Shown: one piece after another, positions 37,741 to 45,053 of the stretch
Numbering within the stretch: the first letter of the stretch is position 1
Layout of the letters: each line of letters starts with the position of its first letter
Source of the DNA: Klebsiella phage vB_KpnM_VPA32
Length of the DNA stretch: 64,000 nucleotides
Direction: 5' to 3' (one strand)
Sequence record: OP558005.1
The notes under the pieces: generated by a model
Seen by the model: the letters and a program-made list of their open reading frames with translations, nothing else
What the model was told of the DNA's origin: nothing
Databases searched by the model: none
Made by a program: the position numbers and the translations under genes

Positions 37741-37973
37741 TAACAGCTGCTAGTGTACCACACAGAGCCGTCCTCGTTAACCCCAAAGGTCTCAGAGTTA
37801 CCTTCGCCGTAACAGTCGGAAGACTGCCAATCATTGAAAGTCAAATAACCACCAGAAACTTCCATACCAAAAGAAGCTTCATTCGCCATAGTTTCAAGCT
37901 TACCAAGAAGCTTAGCTACTTCAACTGCTACTTCTTCAATTTCTTGACGTTTTTCTTCACGAGTTTTAGACAT
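37740..37973 (-). CDS. hypothetical protein
   Basis: 77 aa ORF. Confidence 0.35.
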   Translation of the reverse strand: MSKTREEKRQEIEEVAVEVAKLLGKLETMANEASFGMEVSGGYLTFNDWQSSDCYGEGNSETFGVNEDGSVWYTSSC

Positions 37974-37981
37974 AATTTACC

Positions 37982-38320
37982 TTAGCACATATCAGAGGAA
38001 GAAAGCCAAACGCCTTCTACGAGTTTTTCATTTTCATCAACTTCTACACCATGATGACCTACAAGCCAGTGAGCATCATAACCAACTGGATAATAAGTAC
38101 GACCACTTCCGTAATCACCTACATCAAAAGTCAAACAATGCTCATCAGCAATAACTTCAGCAGCTTGTTCAATTTCTTCTGACCGCTCCAGAAGTTTTGC
38201 AATTGCTGCGGCAGCAGATTTACGGTCATTATATTCAGGAATTTCAATCTGAATCACTTTATTCATTTCTTGCTCTCTTTGCAATCTGCCCACGGCAGTA
38301 GTTAATGAAATCGGAAACAT
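37982..38320 (-). CDS. hypothetical protein
   Basis: 112 aa ORF. Confidence 0.35.
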   Translation of the reverse strand: MFPISLTTAVGRLQREQEMNKVIQIEIPEYNDRKSAAAAIAKLLERSEEIEQAAEVIADEHCLTFDVGDYGSGRTYYPVGYDAHWLVGHHGVEVDENEKLVEGVWLSSSDMC

Positions 38321-38912
38321 CTGCTCCGATATGGCTTCCAGGAATCTGGAGTTTTTCTACAAGCTTATTCATTTCAGCTGAAAAGTGCTTAACAAGATAT
38401 TCCCGTGAAGGACCACGGAAGGCTTGAGCCTCTTCAAGAAGACTGTCACAAATGAATGAGAAAATAAACTTTCCGCCACGAGTATTGTAATGAACTTCAA
38501 TAGCTCCGCAGAACCAATGACCCATTGAATAACGAGTTCCTTCGTCTTCTTTACGAACTTCAGAAGTCAAGTTATTCAACGAAATTGATGAATAATGATA
38601 CGAATATGCGCCTTTATAAGCGATACTGCATCCATCGGCAATTAAAGCAGAAAGAATACGACGAACATCTTTCAGGCTGTTGATGTAAACGTGACCTGGA
38701 ACTTTTCGTTCTTTAAGTTGATGGTCATCCATACGTAAAGAATAATCATCGTATGGTGGAGCCAGAGGTTCAATGATATTGATTAAGCGCTTTGGCATAC
38801 CAGAATATTCTAATTGGCCACGAACATATTTCCCAAACTTATTTCCAGTAGAAACTTTTGTCTCTCCGGAATCTTTCTTCTTTGGTTCATGAAAATCATC
38901 ATAAAAAGCCAT
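38259..38912 (-). CDS. hypothetical protein
   Basis: 217 aa ORF. Confidence 0.4.
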   Translation of the reverse strand: MAFYDDFHEPKKKDSGETKVSTGNKFGKYVRGQLEYSGMPKRLINIIEPLAPPYDDYSLRMDDHQLKERKVPGHVYINSLKDVRRILSALIADGCSIAYKGAYSYHYSSISLNNLTSEVRKEDEGTRYSMGHWFCGAIEVHYNTRGGKFIFSFICDSLLEEAQAFRGPSREYLVKHFSAEMNKLVEKLQIPGSHIGADVSDFINYCRGQIAKRARNE

Positions 38913-38965
38913 AATGTTCTCCTCTTATTATCCCGAAAACCGGGAATTTCTCCCCGGTGTATTTC

Positions 38966-39568
38966 TTAGCCTTTCAGACTTTCCAGATATTCCTGGAGGT
39001 CAGCGGTGGTGGTTTCAATACCGACCGGAGTGGTGTTGAAGGTATCAATACGAGACAGGGTAGTCTGTACATCAACTTTCATCAGAGATGCAGATTCGAT
39101 GATATCTGCTACGTTGTCCAGACCCATGGAGTTGGCGGCACGAGTTTCACGGATGTACTCGAGTTTCACCTTAAGGTCTTCACGCTGGTCGTCCAGAGCT
39201 ACGACAGTAGTTTCAATTTCAGTAAGCATCTGTTTCAGTTCAGCTGCTTTGTTACGCAGAGCTTCTGCAGTACGACGATACAGAAGACCAAGTTTAGCGT
39301 GGGTCTGTACGTCAGCGTTAGGATTTTCAGCCAGAATGCGGCGAATTTCTTTTTCTTTGCTTTCAGCCTGTGCATCTTTTTCAGCAGCAGCTTTGGTTTT
39401 GTCATTGATTTCGCGAGTAGCGGTCACGTGACGAGTTTTCAGTTTGTGAACTTCAGAGATAATCTGCTCAGCAGCATGTGTCATCTGGTCTTCAACCGAA
39501 GTGTTCTTGGTCATGAAGGTGCCCAGTTTGATGCGGATGAATTCAACAATTTTCTTCAGAATAGCCAT
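38966..39568 (-). CDS. PspA/IM30 (Vipp1/YjfJ)-family coiled-coil protein
   Basis: 200 aa all-helical; MAILKKIVEFI... N-terminus and ...DDQREDLKVKLEYIRETRA... core align with PspA MGIFSRFADIV... / ...[20 protein letters not shown]...; GC content and codon bias higher than neighbours. Confidence 0.5.
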   Translation of the reverse strand: MAILKKIVEFIRIKLGTFMTKNTSVEDQMTHAAEQIISEVHKLKTRHVTATREINDKTKAAAEKDAQAESKEKEIRRILAENPNADVQTHAKLGLLYRRTAEALRNKAAELKQMLTEIETTVVALDDQREDLKVKLEYIRETRAANSMGLDNVADIIESASLMKVDVQTTLSRIDTFNTTPVGIETTTADLQEYLESLKG

Positions 39569-39622
39569 GTTTATTTCCTTTTTGTTTAGAGATTTGAATT
39601 TTATACTCTGTATTGTAAAGCA

Positions 39623-39823
39623 TTAAATTTTATCACCGAAGATAACTTCAGCGGTACACCAGTGTGCATTAACATACTCAACGATATCAGTCATTTTCTT
39701 ACTTTCAACGATGTTAGTTACGTGGTACTCGTGTTCGCCTCTATTGAGTATTGCTCGGAACTTCTCAAAGCGACCGAAATCATCAGTTATTTCATTAATG
39801 GTTACTGTATTGAATTTAGCCAT
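39623..39823 (-). CDS. hypothetical protein
   Basis: 66 aa ORF downstream of promoter 39858-39890. Confidence 0.35.
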   Translation of the reverse strand: MAKFNTVTINEITDDFGRFEKFRAILNRGEHEYHVTNIVESKKMTDIVEYVNAHWCTAEVIFGDKI

Positions 39824-39857
39824 GATTTATTCTCCGATTCAATTTTGTTTTGATGAG

Positions 39858-39890
39858 GTAATAATACCACACTACCTCATCATTGTAAAC
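39858..39890 (-). promoter_or_regulatory. T4-type early promoter with palindromic arms (extended -10 TGGTATTAT)
   Basis: plus tgtaaac 39884-39890; inverted repeat gatgaggta/tacctcatc flanks the -10. Confidence 0.5.
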
Positions 39891-39894
39891 AATT

Positions 39895-40155
39895 TTATTT
39901 CATTTTGTTGAAATATTTTTCAGCTGCTTCGTCATCTTTATGGTAGGTCTTAGTCAAAGCTACCGGGCGAACGTTGAAAGTGTTAAGAGAATCACGAGCA
40001 ATCACGATAGTAAACCAACGGCCATCATCATTACCTAAAGCAGCATAACGATAAGTGTCCCATACGAATTGCTTAATGCTTTTGATATCATTCAAAGAAT
40101 TTGCTAAATCTGAATGACCGTTCTTAGCAAGTTTTTCTGTGATGATGTTGAACAT
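39895..40155 (-). CDS. hypothetical protein
   Basis: 86 aa ORF. Confidence 0.4.
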   Translation of the reverse strand: MFNIITEKLAKNGHSDLANSLNDIKSIKQFVWDTYRYAALGNDDGRWFTIVIARDSLNTFNVRPVALTKTYHKDDEAAEKYFNKMK

Positions 40156-40184
40156 TTTCTTTACTCCGTTTGTTTTTTGATGGA

Positions 40185-40216
40185 GCTATAATAACACATC
40201 TAGAACCAATGTAAAC
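40185..40216 (-). promoter_or_regulatory. T4-type early promoter
   Basis: plus tgtaaacgg 40210-40218; -10 ctataataaca. Confidence 0.45.
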
Positions 40217-40248
40217 GGCTGAAGTGAAAGATTTTAAAGAAGAGATTT

Positions 40249-40280
40249 GGATTCACCAGAACGGTTGAGAGGAACTTTCT
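40249..40280. repeat. 32-nt exact repeat (copy 2)
   Basis: identical to 17554-17585. Confidence 0.7.
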
Positions 40281-40313
40281 AGAAGGGAATGATTAAACCA
40301 TTGGCTATACATA

Positions 40314-40349
40314 CAAAAATGCCCTGAGTGTCATAGAGATACCCAGGGC
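40314..40349 (-). terminator. rho-independent terminator
   Basis: gccctg...cagggc hairpin followed on minus strand by ATTTTTGTAT. Confidence 0.55.
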
Positions 40350-40357
40350 ATTAAATC

Positions 40358-40999
40358 TTACTTAGCTTCTTTCTTTTGAAGAACTTTCGCACGTTCTACT
40401 ACGCGGTGAGCTGTAGCCATATAATCACGAACTTCTTTTCTAAGAGATGAAGTATAAGCGGCTGTTTCTACTGAAGTGTACAAATCCATTAACTCAGGCG
40501 TGTCAATGTTGCTGATGTTGCGGCCTCGACGGATTTTAGAAAACTGAGTTTTGAGAACAGCACCTTCTTTTGCGATTTCGTCTAAAAGAGCTAAAATTTT
40601 CTCATACTTACTCACAATTCCTTTGACATTAAAGTCATACAGACCTTTGTCGACCTTAGGAGCTGGAGCTGCTTTTTGTGTTTGTACCGGAGCAACAGGC
40701 TTAACTACCGGCGTAACTTTAGGTGCAGGAGCTGCTTTAGCTTCTTTTGGTGCTTTAGCAGGAGATTTAATTCCTCTTAAAGAGTTGAAAGCATTTTGCA
40801 CTTTATAATATTCTTGCTGTTTTGTAGTGTCGATGCCATAAAGTTTTTTCGCTACAGCAGCAAATTTCATGAAGTCGTTGCGCTCTCCTGGCGGAACTAA
40901 ATCCATAGCACTCTGCCATTTCATTTTAGTCATACGTTCGCCAGCTTCGGTAATCATGTCAGAGTCTGACTCTGCAATAAATTGTTTAAAATTAAGCAT
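40358..40999 (-). CDS. internal-protein-like protein with capsid-targeting-like N-terminus (MLNFKQFIAES), Ala/Pro/Lys-rich
   Basis: 213 aa; N-terminus resembles IP capsid-targeting sequence; TATAAATA late promoter immediately upstream (41028-41035). Confidence 0.45.
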   Translation of the reverse strand: MLNFKQFIAESDSDMITEAGERMTKMKWQSAMDLVPPGERNDFMKFAAVAKKLYGIDTTKQQEYYKVQNAFNSLRGIKSPAKAPKEAKAAPAPKVTPVVKPVAPVQTQKAAPAPKVDKGLYDFNVKGIVSKYEKILALLDEIAKEGAVLKTQFSKIRRGRNISNIDTPELMDLYTSVETAAYTSSLRKEVRDYMATAHRVVERAKVLQKKEAK

Positions 41000-41027
41000 A
41001 ATAGTGTTCCATGTTGGTTTATTATTG

Positions 41028-41035
41028 TATTTATA
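41028..41035 (-). promoter_or_regulatory. late promoter TATAAATA
   Basis: plus tatttata = minus TATAAATA, 29 nt upstream of the IP-like gene start. Confidence 0.55.
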
Positions 41036-41269
41036 TGCAACAACGCCCCGTCCGAAGACAGGGCGTAAGAATCAACAGCACCACCTACTGGCAGATGGCC
41101 TGCAGAAGTTCGTTCCCAGCGACTCGGAGGCATCAGTCTCGCCACTGGGAATATAGCGTCATGGAGGTTATGCTTGCGACAGGGAACAACCGGCTAGCGG
41201 CAATGGACGAACCATTCTCTTCTAGCATGACGTCTCAACTAAGGATATACGCAAGTTTCCCTTAGAATT

Positions 41270-41345
41270 TGGTGCCGGTTAACGGATTCGAACCGCTGAC
41301 CCTCTCATTACAAATGAGCTGCTCTACCAACTGAGCTAAACCGGC
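41270..41345 (-). tRNA. tRNA-Thr (anticodon TGT)
   Basis: GCCGGTT acceptor, GCTC..GAGC D-arm, anticodon loop TTTGTAA, T-arm GGTTCGAATCC, CCA encoded. Confidence 0.75.
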
Positions 41346-41346
41346 T

Positions 41347-41431
41347 TGGTGCATCAAGTGGGATTCGAACCCACAATCCAAAAGGCGCAGCATTTTAAGT
41401 GCTGTGTGTATACCAGTTCCACCATTGATGC
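41347..41431 (-). tRNA. tRNA-Leu (anticodon TAA), long variable arm
   Basis: acceptor GCATCAA/TTGATGC, anticodon loop CTTAAAA, T-arm GTGGGTTCGAATCCCAC. Confidence 0.7.
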
Positions 41432-41437
41432 GAAATT

Positions 41438-41522
41438 TGGAGCTAGGAGTGAGATTCGAACTCACGAAGGGATACCCGGCGGATTTGCAATCCGCTGCCT
41501 TTGGCCACTCAGCAACCCTAGC
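41438..41522 (-). tRNA. tRNA with Cys anticodon arm (GCA), U73, but type-II-like long variable arm
   Basis: anticodon stem-loop GCGGA-TTGCAAA-TCCGC identical to E. coli tRNA-Cys; 13-nt variable arm CGGGTATCCCTTC; D-arm GCT-GAGTGGCCAAA-GGC. Confidence 0.55.
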
Positions 41523-41526
41523 AAAT

Positions 41527-41604
41527 TGGTCGAGGTAGAGGGATTCGAACCCGTCGACCTGTGGATTAGAAGTCCACTGCTCTATCCAGCTGAGCTATAC
41601 CCCG
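41527..41604 (-). tRNA. tRNA-Arg (anticodon TCT)
   Basis: anticodon loop CTTCTAA; T-loop GGGTTCGAATCCC; weak T-stem (ACGGG/CCCTC). Confidence 0.6.
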
Positions 41605-41607
41605 AGT

Positions 41608-41734
41608 GTGTTCAGACAGGACTCGAACCTGTAAGCATGTTCTTGCGGCGTTTTACCACCGTCGTCAGCATATGATTCAATATGCGAACTCAAAAGGTGT
41701 TGGACCCCTTGTCTACCAATTCCAGCACTGAACA
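41608..41734 (-). ncRNA. 127-nt tRNA-like element (acceptor-type stem TGTTCAG/CTGAACA plus T-arm ACAGGTTCGAGTCCTGT), candidate stable RNA
   Basis: tRNA-like 3' half but about 50 nt too long for a tRNA; position analogous to T4 RNA C/D species in the tRNA cluster. Confidence 0.3.
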
Positions 41735-41744
41735 ACTTTATTTA

Positions 41745-41969
41745 TTACATATCAACTTGAGTAAACCAGTTGATTTTGAAATACTCATCAAAATGAAGAG
41801 CAGGTTCAACTTGAGTATCTTCCTCAAGAAGAATTAAATTCTTTCTTACAATCGGGTCAAGATGAGTTGTGTTTAAGCAGCTATCATGCCAATATGTAAG
41901 AACTCGATTTGATTCAGTATCAACGAGATAACGAACATTCATATCAGGATGTCGATACAGATTAATCAT
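41745..41969 (-). CDS. hypothetical protein
   Basis: 74 aa ORF within tRNA region. Confidence 0.35.
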   Translation of the reverse strand: MINLYRHPDMNVRYLVDTESNRVLTYWHDSCLNTTHLDPIVRKNLILLEEDTQVEPALHFDEYFKINWFTQVDM

Positions 41970-41972
41970 AAT

Positions 41973-42422
41973 CTATTTCTCTTGAAGCATTTTGCGTAAA
42001 CGATAGAGCTGATTACAAAATTCCTTTTCAGTCAAAACTGTTTCAGAGATTTTGTTCTTGCCCATACTATGAGTTAATGTTGCGTTACGAGTAGCAATCA
42101 ATGCTTTTTGGAATCCAGTGTTTTGAGCAAGTGCGTCATAAGCTCCAGTTAAAAGATTCTGGTATGCTTCAGATGCTCGATGAATAGGAACACCCTTCCA
42201 GTAAAGCGTTTGAGTAGGCCACCAACGTTTCTTCTTGCCTTTAAACTTTGCTGCCTTTCCAACCAAGGTGCAAACATGAGCTTGCATTTCAGGGTTAGAA
42301 AATTTGAGGGATTGTAAAAATCCCTCCATTGAAGCGCATTCTACACCGTCATAAACGAAAGCATGTGGTGCAAAGTTACTTAAAGCACAAGAAGGATATG
42401 AACTTCCAGAGCCAATGTCCAT
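41973..42422 (-). CDS. NADAR (DUF1768/YbiA-like) domain protein
   Basis: ALSNFAPHAFVYDGVECASMEGFLQSLKF aligns with YbiA FSNFAAWPIKVDGKTWPTSEHYFQAQKF core. Confidence 0.55.
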   Translation of the reverse strand: MDIGSGSSYPSCALSNFAPHAFVYDGVECASMEGFLQSLKFSNPEMQAHVCTLVGKAAKFKGKKKRWWPTQTLYWKGVPIHRASEAYQNLLTGAYDALAQNTGFQKALIATRNATLTHSMGKNKISETVLTEKEFCNQLYRLRKMLQEK

Positions 42423-42653
42423 TTAATTACCGTGAGATATTCTAGAAGGTTTCTTATCAAAATAATATTCATACGAGCCATCTAAACGACCTGCTTTAGT
42501 ACGGCAATATGAATCCCATTTCTTATAATGCCGCCATTCATCATTATATCTTGGATGACGGTCAGCGATTAAAATCTCTAATGGCCAACCAGGCGCAAAG
42601 GAACGGAGCCGTTCGACCTTTTTAATGTATCTTTTCTTTAAGATTTTCTTCAT
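42423..42653 (-). CDS. hypothetical basic protein
   Basis: 76 aa ORF. Confidence 0.35.
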   Translation of the reverse strand: MKKILKKRYIKKVERLRSFAPGWPLEILIADRHPRYNDEWRHYKKWDSYCRTKAGRLDGSYEYYFDKKPSRISHGN

Positions 42654-42871
42654 ATAGATTCCGACATTACGTGAGTAGTTCTCTTTCTGATTGTAAATTG
42701 AGTTAATTCATCAACTTCACCACAACGCCAAGCATCATCTTCAGTTTCAAAACCAAGAGCCTCAAATAGGTCACCTAGACGCCAACCTTCGTCAAACTCG
42801 GGGTCTCCTGAAAAATAGTAATAGTAATCACCAGTTACTAAATCTTGAATTACAAAATCAAACTTTTCCAT
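42650..42871 (-). CDS. hypothetical acidic protein
   Basis: 73 aa ORF. Confidence 0.35.
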   Translation of the reverse strand: MEKFDFVIQDLVTGDYYYYFSGDPEFDEGWRLGDLFEALGFETEDDAWRCGEVDELTQFTIRKRTTHVMSESI

Positions 42872-43368
42872 CAGATACTTACCACAGTAATAGCTTCAGG
42901 AGCTTTAGGAATAACGATATCTTCTTCGATGTAGAAGAGCTTAAATGTTTCAGCTACACGCATGAAGTCAATATCATAACCAACTGGAGTTCCAATCAAT
43001 TCCTGAATCTTATCCATCACTTTATACTGGACTTGATAAAAATCTTCAAGACGAGCATCGAATTCATCTTCAGTATAATCACCTTCTGGGATTACAAAGC
43101 CAAGCACTTCTGAACAGAACTCTGGAGTGATTTCTTCATTTTCAACACAGTATTCAAAGAAAGCATCACCGGAATAATCTTCATTACCCATTCCATTAGG
43201 GTCTGAATTATCAGATGCAAAACATTTAGCAACGGCACACCAACCTGGAATGTGTCTAGCATTTACAGCATAAATCACATTTTCTTGATAATCATCTCCG
43301 TCGTTTTCCCATGATACACACGATACAGCATAGCCTTTAGGGATAGTTTGACCAAAGCGGAGTTCCAT
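42871..43368 (-). CDS. hypothetical acidic protein
   Basis: 165 aa ORF. Confidence 0.4.
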   Translation of the reverse strand: MELRFGQTIPKGYAVSCVSWENDGDDYQENVIYAVNARHIPGWCAVAKCFASDNSDPNGMGNEDYSGDAFFEYCVENEEITPEFCSEVLGFVIPEGDYTEDEFDARLEDFYQVQYKVMDKIQELIGTPVGYDIDFMRVAETFKLFYIEEDIVIPKAPEAITVVSI

Positions 43369-43378
43369 AATATTTCCT

Positions 43379-43753
43379 TCAATTAAATGGTGGAAGTGGT
43401 TTCATATACAAATCTATCAACATTCTCCATTTAGCAATTACTTTAGAATACGGAGATTTATGAGAGAATTGCGAAATGTCAGAATAATCAAGTTCAGGCA
43501 GTGGAGTTAAATGACCCATCAGCTCACGAGGAAATTGATGAAAACAATTCATCAAATCTTTGTAAACATAATCAAGTAAGTCTTTAACATCAAAGAATTG
43601 GGTATTTAGTCCTTCTTTGGAATAACGATATTTCAGAAATTTCCAATGGCCAGACTTAGAATCTTGAGTAAACGCGTAATCACTATGAAGCATGATATCG
43701 CGAACAAAATCTTCAGAAAAGAAGATGGAGTGAGTGCAACCATAATAAATCAT
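43379..43753 (-). CDS. hypothetical protein (start trimmed; ORF-track N-terminus is translated tRNA)
   Basis: MIYYGCTHSIFF... start; upstream 48 nt overlap tRNA 43772-43848. Confidence 0.4.
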   Translation of the reverse strand: MIYYGCTHSIFFSEDFVRDIMLHSDYAFTQDSKSGHWKFLKYRYSKEGLNTQFFDVKDLLDYVYKDLMNCFHQFPRELMGHLTPLPELDYSDISQFSHKSPYSKVIAKWRMLIDLYMKPLPPFN

Positions 43754-43771
43754 AATATTTTCCTCAGAATT

Positions 43772-43848
43772 TGGTGACCCCAGCAGGACTCGAACCTGCA
43801 ACCTAGCGATTATGAGTCGCGTGCTCTAACCAATTGAGCTATAGGGCC
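43772..43848 (-). tRNA. tRNA-Met or Ile2 (anticodon CAT)
   Basis: GGCCCTA acceptor, GCTCAATTGGTTAGAGC D-arm, loop CTCATAA, T-arm GCAGGTTCGAGTCCTGC, CCA encoded. Confidence 0.7.
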
Positions 43849-43875
43849 AAAGTCCTCCTAAGAGGACCGAGGGTA

Positions 43876-44100
43876 TTATTCAACCATGAAATCTGCTACT
43901 TCATCAAAGTCGTTATTGATGACAACAGTAAATGGCAGAGCTTCATCACTTGTTTTGATAGTCAGCTTAACAAAACCATCAACAGTTTCAACCAAACCAA
44001 CGATTTTATCTGAACGCACTACAGCACGAGCTACGTCAACAATTTTGCCAGTCATTGCAAATGTAGCGATTTGGTTAACTTCAACAACGATACGTTTCAT
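43876..44100 (-). CDS. hypothetical protein
   Basis: 74 aa ORF. Confidence 0.35.
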   Translation of the reverse strand: MKRIVVEVNQIATFAMTGKIVDVARAVVRSDKIVGLVETVDGFVKLTIKTSDEALPFTVVINNDFDEVADFMVE

Positions 44101-44160
44101 TCTTTTTCCTTAGTGGTTTTGATAAGGTAATTATATACTGAATTTTTAAAGCGTTTTCAC

Positions 44161-44196
44161 TAAAAAGCCCCGTAACAGATTTCTCTGTCCGGGGCG
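44161..44196 (-). terminator. rho-independent terminator downstream of tRNA block
   Basis: gccccg...cggggc hairpin followed on minus strand by CTTTTTA. Confidence 0.55.
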
Positions 44197-44201
44197 TCAT
44201 T

Positions 44202-44276
44202 TGGTGGGAAGTGTTGGAATCGAACCAACCTCTCATGCTCTTCAGGCACGCGCTAATCCATCTCAGCTAACTTCCC
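44202..44276 (-). tRNA. tRNA-Phe (anticodon GAA)
   Basis: acceptor GGGAAGT/ACTTCCC, loop CTGAAGA, T-arm GTTGGTTCGATTCCAAC, CCA encoded. Confidence 0.7.
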
Positions 44277-44279
44277 AAT

Positions 44280-44356
44280 TGGTCGGTGCGGCAGGATTTG
44301 AACCTGCGACCCCTTGGTCCCAAACCAAGTGCTCTACCAAACTGAGCTACACACCG
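44280..44356 (-). tRNA. tRNA-Pro (anticodon TGG)
   Basis: CGGTGTG acceptor, loop TTTGGGA, T-arm GCAGGTTCAAATCCTGC. Confidence 0.75.
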
Positions 44357-44362
44357 TTAATT

Positions 44363-44437
44363 TGGAGCATCCAGAGAGAATCGAACTCTCCTCCGTTGGG
44401 TGGAAACCAACTATAATAGCCGCTATACGATGGATGC
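44363..44437 (-). tRNA. tRNA-Gly (anticodon TCC)
   Basis: GCATCCA acceptor, stem GTTGG loop TTTCCAC, T-arm GAGAGTTCGATTCTCTC. Confidence 0.7.
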
Positions 44438-44586
44438 ATTTGTACGGAACGCCAGGATTCGAACCTGGTTACAAAGTAGTTGACGCTACATTGCATTTTT
44501 CAAAGGCCGTCATCTTTCTATGTCAAAGGAGCAGCGTCAACTACTTTATCCTTAGACACATCAGATAAGTCCTCGAACCGATTGTT

Positions 44587-44660
44587 TGGCAGGCCCCGTA
44601 GGAATCGAACCCACGTCACTGAGGTTGGAGCTCAGGGTAATACCACTATACGAGAGACCT
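44587..44660 (-). tRNA. tRNA-Trp (anticodon CCA)
   Basis: loop CTCCAAC, T-arm GTGGGTTCGATTCCTAC. Confidence 0.65.
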
Positions 44661-44664
44661 AAAA

Positions 44665-44758
44665 TGGAGGAAGCGGTGGGATTCGAACCCACGGACCGTA
44701 TCACTACGGCCTCCGCATTTCAAGTGCGGTGCAATTAACCAGACTCTACCACGCTTCC
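44665..44758 (-). tRNA. tRNA-Ser (anticodon TGA), long variable arm
   Basis: GGAAGCG acceptor, loop CTTGAAA, 20-nt variable arm, T-arm GTGGGTTCGAATCCCAC. Confidence 0.75.
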
Positions 44759-44766
44759 GAATTGAG

Positions 44767-44839
44767 GGTGACCGATGGGAGTTGAACCCATGACTACGAG
44801 AATCACAATCTCGAGTTCTACCAACTGAACTACGGCCAC
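44767..44839 (-). tRNA. tRNA-His (anticodon GTG), CCA not encoded
   Basis: GTGGCCG acceptor, loop TTGTGAT, T-arm ATGGGTTCAACTCCCAT. Confidence 0.65.
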
Positions 44840-45053
44840 ATCAATATTTACTCCAGCAATCATGATGCCTTCACACGAAATTGAGAGAAGAGTGATCAGT
44901 TCAACCCTTGTAGACGCGTCAAGTAAATATTGATGTGACAGCTTATTTAAGAAGAGTGAGAGTCCCAGTCTTGTACGGAGTAACCATTTATGCATTGGCA
45001 GCTATCGCGCGGTTCGCACTTCCGATAAATGGACTTACCGTTACACTCTAATT

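Noticed and set aside
38957-39589. Plus-strand ORFs 38957-39589 (210 aa) and 39006-39431 antisense to the PspA-like gene
   Set aside because: These are open frames caused by the GC-rich, stop-poor codon bias of the minus-strand gene. Their composition is low-complexity and hydrophobic junk, and no promoter or RBS is present.
41262-41675. ORFs 41262-41465 (-) and 41346-41675 (+), and likewise 44201-44416, 44314-44568, 44480-44662, 44735-44995 and 44947-45129
   Set aside because: They lie entirely over tRNA genes and structured spacers. Their translations are simply readings of tRNA sequence. No RBS is present.
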